Position numbers and translations under genes: made by a program. The notes beneath the pieces are model-generated. The model made no database searches. It worked only from the letters and a program-made list of their open reading frames with translations, and was not told the origin of the DNA. Below are positions 1 to 12,100 of a stretch of DNA of 64,000 nucleotides, piece by piece (the stretch's first letter is position 1; each line of letters opens with the position of its first letter). The DNA is taken from the NCBI GenBank assembly GCA_037447605.1, contig CM074804.1:6487909-6551908 (forward strand). The letters run 5' to 3'. This stretch comes from Zygnema circumcarinatum SAG 698-1b (taxonomy: Eukaryota > Plantae > Zygnematophyceae).

Positions 1-391
1 ACTTAGCATTCGGTTTCTGGACACACAAGGGGAGGTAGACGCTAAACGATAAAAGTCCAACCAAACGCCCGACAACTGGCAAAAGTAATGAACTTGTTTA
101 CAAAACAAATGATTCTCATCTGATAACTCTTATTCCAAATCGATGATGTTTCGATAGAACACTCTATTATTATCGTTCTTAATGAACCCATGGGTAGGGC
201 ATGGGACAAAAATGGACTGAACAACAATTCAGCATATCGATATCCAATTAACATCGCAGCTTTCTTCCTTTGGCTATCCATTCAGCCACTTTACAGGCTT
301 GTACATTCGCAAGATACCGTTTCTAGCTGAAGCTAATTCCATCTATCAAGAGAGAAGAATTAGCGAGCGGAAACACAAGTAAACGGTCCAC

Positions 392-705
392 CCTTTTCAG
401 GAAATTGAAAGCGAGGTTTTCTTGAATGGGAATGTTCGGTTCAGAGCTTTAAACATGCTCCAATACCAATGCTTCCTGAACGACCTTAAAAATTAGACAA
501 CGAGACACAACCTGCTTCCAGAGCTTGGCCGAATTGCACGCAAGTAAAATGAGAGGTGTACAGATAAATTACCATACCTGAACCGAGGTTTAAGCAGCTG
601 CATGCTCCGACTAAATTCAGCACGCTGCTGGGAAGAAACCGAGCCGTCAGCCAAACTGAGAGAAACCTGGACGATCGCCTGCAAGGCATCCCTTTCAGAC
701 GTCAT
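392..705 (-). CDS. 5' exons of an uncharacterised spliced gene, probably running off the window's left edge
   Basis: ATG at 705, exon 705-578 (MTSERDALQAIVQVSLSLADG...KPRF, donor AG|GTATGG). A phase-compatible exon follows at 446-392 (SEPNIPIQENLAFNFLKR) and possibly another from 342 (MELASARNGILRMYKP). No family recognised. Confidence 0.45.
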
Positions 706-763
706 TTTTTCTGGCTGCTCCACCAACGCAGCAAGAGACGAAGCTCCTCGGAGCTCGTTCCCT

Positions 764-826
764 CTCCCTCCTCCCTCCTCCCTCCTCCCTCCTCCCTCCT
801 CCCTCCTCCCTCCTCCCTCTCCCTCC
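764..826. repeat. (CCTCCTC)n 7-bp tandem repeat in the probable 5' UTR of the left-edge gene
   Basis: Visible tandem array; explains the EEGGGRR-type low-complexity ORFs. Confidence 0.85.
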
Positions 827-1700
827 ACAGCCCTCCCGGCAGACGCAGGCAGCTGCGACGCGGGGTGGCGCCAGGCGGACGAAAAAGAGCGCGAAACGAG
901 GCCCGGCTCTAAACACCACAGTTGCGTTGGGCGCTGAATTGGCCTGTCGCGCCACGGAACGGCGCCGCATAGATCGCGGTGGTGGCCCTCGGGGAGCAGG
1001 CCTCGCCGGGCTCTGCCTGCCTCTCTGCCTGCTTGTGGTGGTGGTGGTGTACGGGGACGGCCATGCTCGACTTGCGCTTCACCACTGCACAGGCTTATTC
1101 CCGTCGCAAGCTCTTAAAGAAAAAGAAAGAGCTTCAAAGAAAAAGAAAGAAAGAGGCAGTGGCAGCTTTCATGCCACTTCCTTTCTTTTTTTTCAAAGAC
1201 GATTGGGCGGTCGGTTGAGCCATAAATCATAGTTGCCCTACAGTGCAATCTGCCGGAGTCATCATCTTCGACCGACTGATTGAGACTCTTCTGAGTTTGC
1301 GGGGCAGTCAAAGTACTTGTTCGGTTGAGGCGTCATGCAGAATGGTTAGAGTTCTATTTCCAATTCAATGTTCGTCGGTAACATCAGTGGCTTCCAATGC
1401 AAGCTGCTATGCTAGTATACAGAATGGGCTGATGCATCCACGCACTCCTTCATTGCCGGATAGCATGGCAACACATAAACTTAAGTTACACTGAACAGCA
1501 AATACCATCAAGCATCAATGCTTTTGCCAAACTTGTCGAAACTTGATTATCAAGCACGAACCCAATACCACTCGTTTTAATATCTTCACAACAACTCACA
1601 ACCACCTAATACGGTAAACAGCTCCTGCACTCCTATAGTAAATCAATTGCTTTCAGAATACAAGCTGCAGTATTCCTGGCGCATTTCTTTCATTGTCGCT

Positions 1701-4700
1701 TTACGCAGCGGGAGCAATCAGCAGAGTTCCCTCGACACTATTTACTGAGTTAAGACTCAACCGCTCGAAGACTTTCTTTGTAGTCAACTTGAGGCTGCTG
1801 CAGACCTTACTCTTCCCTCCAATCGTCGGTTCCAGCACTTCTGGTTTTCCTGCCAAGAATTGAGATGAACTTTGAACCAAGCAAAGAACATCCTCCATTT
1901 TGTGCCTTCCTGGTCGTCGGCTGGAAGGAAGGTCTCGTTTAAAGAGCCTCCGCAGGTTGAGAAACTCGTGCTTTGGAAGCTTGAACGCAGGTAGTTTCAG
2001 GTTCCGTTCCTGCCAGATCTCATGCTTTTCCTCGCCGGCCCACTTCTGAAGAGTGAACTGAGCGAGGACGAGGAGCAGAAATAGGCGGTAAACGGACGCG
2101 AGGTGGCGGCAGCTGCTGGCCAAGAAAAGTGGAAGAAGAGAAAGGATGACCAACAAGAACTGGCAAGGGTGGCGGTGGGGCAGGGACTCCGGCGGCAGGG
2201 AGTCTGCAAAAAACAAAGGGCCGATGGGATTAATAGAAAAGCATAGGACAAGATGACACCCGGCAATCGTCCAAAACGAATGTAGACTTCCGCGTGAGGC
2301 GTGAACATGGTTACTGTCAACCCCACAATCATATGACTGTAACACCTTTACAACTTAAAAGAAACGACAACCTGGAATTCTTTCACGGACTGCTGTAAAC
2401 GCACTCCGGCTGGTTTCAATGCAGTCCCAGTTTATCGTAACTCGTTGACAAATTAAAGATTACACAGAGTATACCATTGTTTAGTTCAGTTTAAGAAGAC
2501 AGCCTTCTCCCTCCTAGTAATACGACAAACAGTAGCTGCGTAGGCCTTATACAGAAGAAGACTCACCGCTTTCAAGCACTGCAGGCTCTGCCATAACGCC
2601 GCTCTTGCTCGTTTGTGTGGTTTTTCCTCTTCCTCGAACTCTCTTCTTGCTTTCTCCAGACAGTCTTCCAATCTCCGTAGTTTTCCTCTCAATACTCTCG
2701 GCAAATTCAGCCACACTATCATTGCCGAGGCTTCGAGTATTCAGTCCATCCATCCCTTCAGGGCAACTCAAGACATCCTTTTGTGCACCAGATGCTCGAC
2801 TTACTTCATGCGTTGATGGCTTGTCAGACCAATCGAACTTACTGTAATAACACTGGAAATACGCAAGTTGGTCTCGGAGTGCACCATTTTCCATAGCAGT
2901 AATTGATGCTACCTGGCGAAGATGATTCACCTGTGACTCCAAAGCTCTACATTTTCCCTCCAGCTCAGTAAGGTACGACTTCTTGCGGCGGCGTGATTCG
3001 GAGGCAGAAGCACGGTTACGCACAAGGCGTAGCTCTCGCTTACACGCGTCGTCGGCAGAGCATCCTTCGCCATGATCATCATTGCACAGCTTCGCACTGG
3101 CGTCGAGCTGGCTGCTTTGTGCTGATGCAGACACAGGATGGGGGCCTTGCTGAAGCAAACCATTTCGAAGTTCAAAGCTGCGCTCAAGCTTAGTTTTGTC
3201 TAGTGTGTCTGTCTTCCCAAAAACAGCTCCATGTCTACCAGAGTCCTTGACATGCTCTCCACTGTCCTCACTTGTGCAATCACTGCCAACGAAGTCCATG
3301 TCAATGCCTGTCGCTATCTGACATCTGCCTCCGCTATCTACAGGTGTCCCAGCAGTGGGTGGAGTCCCAGCAGCATCTGCTTGCAATGGACTTTCCGATG
3401 ATACTTGGAGTGCTTCGAACACATCAGTTTGATAATGATGTCGTTTGTGCGGTCGCTCGATAAAAGATTGAAGAACTTCCTCGCCATCATTATCGTACCA
3501 GCCCTGCCCCTGACCTACCCGCCATTTTTGTGCCTCTCTAACCTGTGATCCACGCTTGCGAAGACCCACGTTCTCAGTGCCTACATCAGCAGAACATGAT
3601 GCCTTATTATCCAACACTTCAACCCTACGAATTGCGCCTTCGAATTGGGCGGCCACGTCTAAAGATTCCTTCCTTGTCCCTGTAGCCTTGCTGTTCGGAC
3701 TATTCGAGGAAACGAACTCAGCAGTTCTGTCGAACTGCATACTTTGCAAGCCAGACAACGCACAATCGTCCTCAGCTTCTAGTGCACGATCAGCAGCACT
3801 AAGTTCCACGATTGCCATATTTTCTCCGGCAACAGGAACGTTGGAGATTGCTTCTCTCAATTCCGAAATTCCTCCATTGTCAAGGTCTTTTGCCGCATCC
3901 TTCCATTCACAACCCGGGCCTAAGCTGATGCCGTTCACACTTTCAATAGCCGGTCCTCCCACTGCATTGGGTATCAATTCTAAAAACTCCTCCACAAAGG
4001 TTTTCCAGTGCGGTTGGACCGCTCCATCGCCAAGAACATCATGATAGCACCTTGCGTCTTCTTTGTCTACTGAGAGAACTCCAACGTCAGAAACTGATAC
4101 AAAATTTTGCAAAGTATGGTTACTCTCTACAGTATCATCACCACGACTGTCTAGCCCATGGAGGTCGTCACGACAAAGTACAGAAACAGGTCTGCATTCA
4201 TCTGCCGGCTGTTCCGTCAGAGTTTGCAACTGCTCCAACCCCAACTCCTCCACAAATGCATTCACTGGGTCCTTGAACCATTCTTCCGTCTGCAAAGCCT
4301 TCTCGAAGCCAACTCCCCATGAAGACTCCCCATTGACATCGAAAATTTGAGGTTCCGAAATCTCCTTACCCAACAAAGACGAGGAACCGACTGTTGCGCT
4401 CTCACCCCACACAGACAGCGGACAGCCCTCTACCTCCAAAGGAGGCTCGTGGCCTTGCAAAAAACCTGCTAAGTCTACGTCATCGATGACTGGCATTTCA
4501 CCAGAAAACAGATCACCGTCAATCCACCCGCCGTCGCGTTGCTCTGCTTCTTCATCCTCCGTGGCCAAAAAGCTGTCCGGTGAACAACTGACCACAGCAT
4601 CAGATGAGGCATGGCCGTCCACGACCATTCCCCAGGGCGAGGCATCCACACAGAGAGCCATGGCGGCTCCTGCATCACCTCTCATCCTACCACCGAGCGA

Positions 4701-4859
4701 AGCCTGCCATGGCTCCCACGGGCCTACGGTCCAGGCGCAGGCCTCTCCTGCCAGAGGCCCACCCTCCCTCGCTCCGCGCCTGCAAGCTCCGCCGAGACCG
4801 CCAGCCACCAAGTAGTAGACCAGGGAGGCGGTCGCCGAGGAGTCGCAGAGACGTCGCAT
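1701..4859 (-). CDS. bZIP60: ER-membrane bZIP transcription factor, bZIP60/XBP1/HAC1 type (IRE1 substrate)
   Basis: Exon 1 4859(or 4685)-2567: long acidic N-terminus, bZIP KRELRLVRNRASASESRRRKKSYLTELEGKCRALE and AEPAVLES. GT-AG intron 2566-2204. Exon 2 2203-1701: DSLPPESL followed by a hydrophobic segment (FLLVILSLLPLFLA...VYRLFLLLVLAQF). Matches the Arabidopsis bZIP60 QESAVL..ESLL-TM layout. Confidence 0.9.
2185..2203 (-). other. IRE1 cleavage hairpin 2 (3' unconventional splice site)
   Basis: mRNA (G)ACUCC-CUGCCGCC-GGAGUC: 6-bp stem (first G contributed by exon 1, nt 2567) and 8-nt loop; predicted cut after G2196. Confidence 0.85.
2574..2588 (-). other. IRE1 cleavage hairpin 1 (5' unconventional splice site)
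   Basis: mRNA GAGC-CUGCAGU-GCUU: 4-bp stem and 7-nt loop matching CNG|CNG; predicted cut after G2582. Confidence 0.85.
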
Positions 4860-5142
4860 GAACTCGCATGGCGTCGCTGGCCACCTGGCGACGTCGCCCT
4901 GTCGGTTGGAGGGGGCTTCTCCGCACCTTCGGCAGAGAGAAGTTTTCCATTGACCGAACCGCCGGGAGGGGAGTACGGACCACCGGGATTATCTACGAAA
5001 TTAGTCTCATACAGTACTTAGCATTTTCTCTTACGAATCATTATGGTCCAAATTTTGTTTTTAACCTGCCCGATCCAGTCCGCCCGGCGAGGAAACTAGT
5101 TTGCTTGGCCTGCACGCCAGCCGATTCCGGGCGGGCGGGCGA

Positions 5143-5185
5143 GCACGTCACTCGGCCAATGGGAGCGCGCGAACCTGCCACGTCA
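5143..5185 (-). promoter_or_regulatory. UPRE-like TGACGTG boxes plus a CCAAT box upstream of bZIP60
   Basis: TGACGTGG at 5185-5178, TGACGTGC at 5150-5143, and CCAAT/ATTGG at 5156-5160 between them. Confidence 0.55.
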
Positions 5186-6175
5186 TGACAGGCTTCACGC
5201 TCTCGAAAGGGCCGTACGGTACTGATTCCAGGAATTCAGGTACGGTCTCGTACGGTACGGCCATGCGATTAAGGCCGGAAATTCTGCTAGTACTTGAATC
5301 ATGAACTTGTTGATGAACATGCTGTTGTTTCTGTATGGAAATAGGATGCGTAATCACTAATCAGACAAGTGAAGAGGACTTCAGATTCGTTTGGAGACCA
5401 ACACCATCCGCCATGCTCTCGCATTGGCGCGGGCACACACCTTACATTGGCATGCATGAATTCATGATTCAGTGCCATTGTAAAGATGTGCAGTAGAACT
5501 GCCATTCCACCCTGTGCGGAGGCTTGGATCAGAGCTTCATAAGATTTAAGGACGTTAACAGATGTTCTATGTGAAAGTCACCATTGACAATCAATAGAAG
5601 CCAAATCGCTCGACTGGAACACACAACGTCAAGAAAATGGTTCACAGACAACCGTGCCTCTTGCATTGCTTGAGGGAAACCTAACAACCTAATCTCTTCC
5701 GCGTGAGATCAATTTCACATCATTTCTTTCTTCTGAAATAATCTGTATACAATCCATCTAGAACTTCAGATCCCTCTTTTGAAGCGCCCTCAATCCAATA
5801 ATATAATTCAAACGTGGAGTGCGACTAATTACGCTCCTCCATCCATGCCTTCGTCTATCTAGTCAACTTTCTTCTGACTGATCACAGCTGACCTTTGATC
5901 TGGACACGACCATGTGAACCTTCATTTGGGCCTTTCATACGACACAGAATACCCGTTCAGGCCCAACCCATCATGCACAGTTTTGCTTTTTTTTTTTTTT
6001 TTTTGTGGACAGATCCACGAACCCCACATGACAACAAAGCCGCCGCTTCCTTGCACAGCAGGTCCAGTCACGTGAACGATCAGATACCGCAGCCTTGACC
6101 CTGCAAGCCCTCCCTGCCGTCCTCCTCCTCTCTCCCTCAACAGCTCATTGTGCCTCGTCCCCAAGCAGTCGCCTC

Positions 6176-9100
6176 CTACATATCGTCGTCAATGCGGCTC
6201 CTGCCCACTCTATTTGATCGTCCTTTGTCTGCGAACACTCTCCCAGGAGTAAGAGGGGCCTGCGAGCCTATTCCATAATCCATGCGCATTCCTTCGCCTG
6301 ATCGACGCATCGACCCCAACGTCTCATCCTCTACACCTCCATAACTGTATGCGGCAGAGGCAGCCCCTCCATCGAGCCCAAGCGACTTCCCTCTTCTACC
6401 CAACGAACCAGTCCCTCTGAAGGACGCATTCGCAGATGGCGAGGCAAGGGAGGTGGTCTGCCTTAAGGAGCCGGCTGCAGAGGAAGAAGGGGTCACTCTG
6501 GAGAGGAGGGAAGAGGAGCCGGAAGACGAGGTCGAGTATGTTCTAGTGAGGAGTGCATTGGGGTCAACGGGCATGCCGGAGCGATTATATGAGGAAGAAG
6601 GCATTCCTAAGCCATCTATACCAGGAGAGGCCCCCCCAACAGCCTCAAGTTCCTCAGAGCCTTGTCGACCTCGGAAACAGAACACATTCACCTTGGTTCT
6701 CAGCAGTTCACCCGGCAACAACTCCCTACTGATGTTTGCTGCCATTTGCTGCAAGTTGTCCCACTCCCATAGCCAATATCTCATTAGAGCCAGTTTCAGG
6801 CAACGCTTTTGCAATAGAGGTTACAGTTTACAGCACCACGAAAAAGAACGATTCCCACACGAAATAACTTTATGCATTACCATTAAAGGATCAGCTGTAT
6901 TGGTTCATTCCTTCACCATACCACTAGCAGATTGTATCAGTCGATCTTACCTCTAACATGCAATCAAGGGCCTGTCATATGGTTGGCTTACCTTCAAGTC
7001 ATCCGGAGTCTGCAGCATGGCAGCGTCGTTGAAGCCCCCCATATCCTCCCCCCCTAATCTGCTGCCTGACCTCCGCATGCCCCTTTCACCATCAGGGTCG
7101 GCAAGACTGGCCTCCACGCTCTCCATGGTTCGCTTGCAGAGCATCTCCCGAAGATGGTATACGATCTCGCTCAGCGAATCAGTGGTGAAGTTGTGGAGAA
7201 CCGTTTCAAAGTAATCGAGCTGTTGCATAGGGCGCATCAACAAAAGTGAGAACATGCGCTGAATGACGTTGCAAAACATCACCAAACGTCACATTCTTCG
7301 ACACAGAGGACGAGATTCCCTTTTTGCAGCGTAAAGCAAGTTGGAAGACGTCAGCTCTCCTGCGTGAACGAGCACCCCTCCAGAAGACAAAAGCTACACC
7401 TTCAAACCATTAAAAATGTAGGAAACTCTAAGGCATGGAATTGCGCTCACCTCAATGGAAAGCTGGCAGAAGGCGTTGGCATCCAACTGTTGAAGGTTGA
7501 CGTGCTGCGACGCGACCTGGTTGAGTGCGTCCATGAGGCCGTCTGCAAGCATGTTGATGGCCTTCTCCACAAAGGGTTGGCACCCTGCGTACACCTGCAC
7601 ACGACATTGATTGCAGCAACATAAACTCTCACAGCTACAACCATAAAAATAGCTTGCTGTATGTAGGAGGAGCTGTCCCATCTTCAAGGAGGAGAAGGAC
7701 AAGCGTGTACCTCTGCATGCACAGCTACCAGGGGATGCATGAGTTCCAAGGCCGAGTCGCGAAGGCCCTGTCATCCCTCCCTCCAAGTCACGCAATAAAA
7801 CCCTTGTCATGAGGGGATGGAAAGTAGAAAAGCATCACACCTCAGTTTCTAAGGTGAAACGATGGCATCGAAAGACAGATGCTCGTATTAACACACTGCT
7901 GTGCTCTAAAACAACAGGGAACGCTGTACTTTCAATCTGGTCTTGTACTCAGCCAACTCGCTTATGGAGATGTTTCACGAAGACGGAATGACATCCCCAT
8001 CCCAAGTCAGCAGTAAATCATAGTGTCGCTCCTCCGCCTACCTTCACTGGCGGAGCTGTAGCCCATGTGGTGCCATCCTCCAAGTATTTAACCACAGCCA
8101 AGCCAAGATGACCGGCCTGCAGCATCCCAAATTCATCCCTTTCCTCTCAGCCCCGGTTTTCCAGTCTGCGAATGTTTCTTACAATCGAGCACATCACAGC
8201 GACCAACGTCCTCTCATCATCTCGATTTCGGACAGGGAGAAACCAAAAGGACGGAGCAACAGAGGCTATCCTTTGACTTTTCACGCAACTGTCCACAAAC
8301 CCAGAAAGGAAGCGAGTGGAGTCTTACCTTGATTTCAATGTACTTGTCTCCCAGAGCCATCTCGAGGTCCAAGAAATGCTTATCAAGGTCATTCAAAAGG
8401 CGAGCTGCCTCTGGAGATGGCGTCAGCTGACGCTGCATGTACCCTTGCACAGCTCCCCGTCCACGTTCCTCCCTGCACCTCCAGCATATGATTATTTCGA
8501 GGCTCCTCCAAATACGAACAGCGTAGCGCAAACTAGTTGAACAAAAGTCAAATGACGTCTAATGACAATGAAGCTTGTGTGAGGTCACATATGGACGCAA
8601 GTTATAAAAAACGTCATTAACGTATTACTAGAGCCGACTTCCAGCTTGACAGCAAAAGGCGAGCATCCAGCAGTCAAAGAAAGCAGAGCAACAATTGTGG
8701 ACTCGTACAATGGGTCCTGCCAGAGGTGATAGTATTTCTCTGCCAGCTGCGGTACGATGTGGGTCCGACAAAATCCGGCATTGCTGAGCAGCATGAGAAT
8801 GCGCTGGTCTGCTGTTGTGACAGGCACTCCTACTTGCAGCCCCTTATAGTCGTTGTTATCTGCATCCTCTTCCACAGATAGCGCGACCTCATCCGCCTCT
8901 TCCTCCTCCCCTCCTTCCAGGTTCTCCTCCGCTGCCTGCCCAGGTAGTCGCGTTTGCGGCAGACTTCTTGACATCTTCTCTAAGCATTCTGAACCCATCC
9001 CCAGTTTAGACGCATTTGTTTGTGAGCGTGATGCTAAAGGAAAGGGCGGATGCTTCAACCCCAAGCTTGAACGTTTTTTAATGTTGGCTGACTTACCGCA

Positions 9101-12100
9101 GAAATCCAGAAAGGATTCAAAGAAGGTTGATTTCACAGAGTCGTACATCGCCCTCAAGGCGCCTAAAATGTTTTCAGTCCCTTGCATGCGGTTTTCTGGA
9201 GCCTCCTCTGTAGCCAGCTGCGCTAACACTCTGATCGACACGCATGTGCCAATATATCAGCTTTACTTTCTGCATGTTAACTGCTTTGGTACATCTAAGA
9301 TACGATGGATTTGAGCAGAAGAAAGCCTTCCTCAGTTTAAAGGTTCATGCTCAAAGCAGGAAAGCAACAGAGCGTTGGTAAGAGTGCATGGGCTTACTCG
9401 GTGACATGGTCAAGAACATGAGACATTGTCTCCTCAAAGTTGAGAGGGAAGAAAGAAATTGCATAGGGCGAGCCCGCGCGCTCCACAGTGGGTGCCGGAA
9501 TCCAATTTTCCTCCTCTGCGAGCTCTACTGCCGCCCCTCTTGTAATAAAGCATAGGCGTTGTACAAAGCGTCGCGTTACCTCTATACGCAGCTGCTGCAT
9601 AGCTGCCACTGCAGAGAGAAATCTCCTCCCAAACCCAACACTTTGCTTCATCTGTGAGCTGCTTGAAGGGACACCAAAACTACCCGGCCTTCAGTCCTGT
9701 GTAAAATCATGCCTTTCACATAGACTGGGTTAAGCACATTTGCATCTTACCCGCTTGTGTCGGAGCTGAATCAGAGGTTTTCAGAAGAGTATACAAGCCT
9801 GCGACTTCTCCAACTGACTCTCGCATGTATGGCCGCAGCTCTGTTGCTATCTCCAGCTGTTTAAAGGCATTCAGAACCTGCAACAACACAAATAACTTGT
9901 CCAACACAATCAGAAGATTGAAGGAGATGCAGCAAAGTAGATATTCTTAGGGGAGTTGCAGGATAGATCAGTTTCGTTCATAAGCTGACCTTTGTTTCAT
10001 AGGAATGGATGATTCCAAGAACCATCTGCACGACCTCCTCCTGTAAATGCTTTGAATAACGGCCATTTGTGTCCTCATTCTTCGGGGTTGGATATTGCTG
10101 ATATTGAAGGGACGTTCGAGTGGGCTGTAGGAAAGAAATGGAAAAGGAAAATGTTGAGAAGAGACAAATGTCAACGGCATGCAATTTACATAAATTTATC
10201 TAAATAACCATCAAAACTCCTTCAAATTGCACGATGAGTTTTCTCTACATTTTTACCGTTTGTTCTGAAAGGCGGTCTTGCGACTGCGAGAAGTTTGCAA
10301 AGCGGCCTGCGAAAATGCTGAGAGCCAATTTCCAAAACCTCGGAAGCTGCTGCCGCAAAACAGCTGTCAGCCTGCGAACGAGCCTTGCTTGCAGAGCATC
10401 TGCCTCCTCCTCGGTGGTCACACTTGGGGCTTCCTCCAGCAGATGCTCATCGCCCAATAGGAGAGTCAGGTCTACCTCCGACTGCAGCGAGCAAACACGA
10501 CCAAGATGAGACGACCAACACACATGACCATCTTTCTGGAGTTTCTTGATTTTCAGGATGGTTTGATTTTTTCTCAAATTTATACCAATATTCAATTAAA
10601 TGCCGACTGTCTTGCAAGTGCCAAAACTTAACTCCCTGCGATGACTCAAACTGAAGCTGTTTCCAGCGGGCCTCTGCCTGCTGTTTCTCCTTAGATCTTT
10701 GCTGAAACGCTTCCAACCGACTGTCTGCCTCCAGTTGAGCGCCTTCCAGAAGGCCTCTGATCCTTCGATCCTGCAGCTGAAGGTAATGCCATATAGGGTC
10801 CGCCTCCGGCTCGAGTTCAAGGAGGAGCCTTATCTTATTCTCTATCTGCACATGCTCTCAGCGACATCCAGAACTTTAATTGATAGACTAGTAAGAAAAT
10901 ACTATATCATATTGAGATCTTGCACGTGCTAACCGCAGCTCCGGCTCCGCCACTCACCTGTACAAGCTCTGCATTCGGATCTGCCATCTGTGAATAGAGC
11001 ACCTCCTTAAACTCTTGCACCACCTTCTCCACTTCCTCCAGCACCTTTTTCAGGATGCCTGACTGCAAGACCCCACAACCAAGGACCCTTGAATAGTCAT
11101 CAACTGCAAAAACTGCGCGTGTTTTGAATACACTGCACCACCGACAATCGAGAGATATGCGGCTTTCTCACATTGACAGGAAAGTTCTGCTTCAGCGATT
11201 TGGCCTTCACAAACTCGCGTACTGCGCTGTCGTATTCTCCCTTTCGGACAAACCCACGAATAACACTTGGCAGGTTAAAGAGTGTCCGAAACCGCTGCAA
11301 CAGGCCCTGCACTGACCTGATGCGGTCCACTTGCGCCTGCAGTCACACCGGGGAAGCTTTTTGGTTACAAATCCTTGACGAAGCTCAAACTAGGAGTCCA
11401 AATTTTAGCTCCGCAAGAAACCCAACAAACGCAAGCATGATTTTGATTTGATGTCCAGTATTCCCTGACCCACCTGACGCTCCAAAAGAGGGCTGAATGC
11501 CCTCCGAGCGACCTCATCACAATCTCGAATAGAGTCAGCGAGCCTTTCCGTGCCCGCCCCATCTTGGTCATCCTCCATTTGCTCTAGACGCAGGTGAATA
11601 TCTGCCGCCACCGTTCCAGGAACAAGAAATGCTCCCCAATCAAAACAAGGCTCACTTGCCAAATCCATATTCCATAACCTCACAGGCAGAGTTGAGAAGT
11701 CCCACCATCAATAATGTTTTTGCAGGAGATGAAAATGTCAAAATTGTCTTTCACGAGCTTTTTCAGTTGCTCTTTCCGTGTGGCTATATCCTTTTTTAAA
11801 GCTAACCGTCCATTCTCCAACCCTTGGACAGATGTGTCCCGATGAATACGAGCGAGATAGAAGCGCGGATTGAAGGTTTCCTGGAAGTAGAGAAGCTTGT
11901 CTGCCGTACAACTCCCCACATTCTCCCAAAAAAACCTGTCAGCTTCCACCAGTGCTAAACCCCAAAACCGAGTTACATCTTTCTTGAATCTGCAAACACT
12001 GACAGCTACAATCAAACCCCATCTATTCCCTGCAAGCAACTCACCCAGATGGCGGGAAGCTTCTTCCTGGGAGACAGATGTCCCACCCGCACTCGCCAAA

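Noticed and set aside
2177-2186. Second UCCCUG motif downstream of IRE1 hairpin 2 as an alternative cut site
   Set aside because: The loop would read CUGCCC, lacking the conserved G, and has no good stem.
7981-7996. 16-bp exact match (agacggaatgacatcc) also at 59921-59936
   Set aside because: About one such match is expected by chance in 64 kb, and the flanks do not extend.
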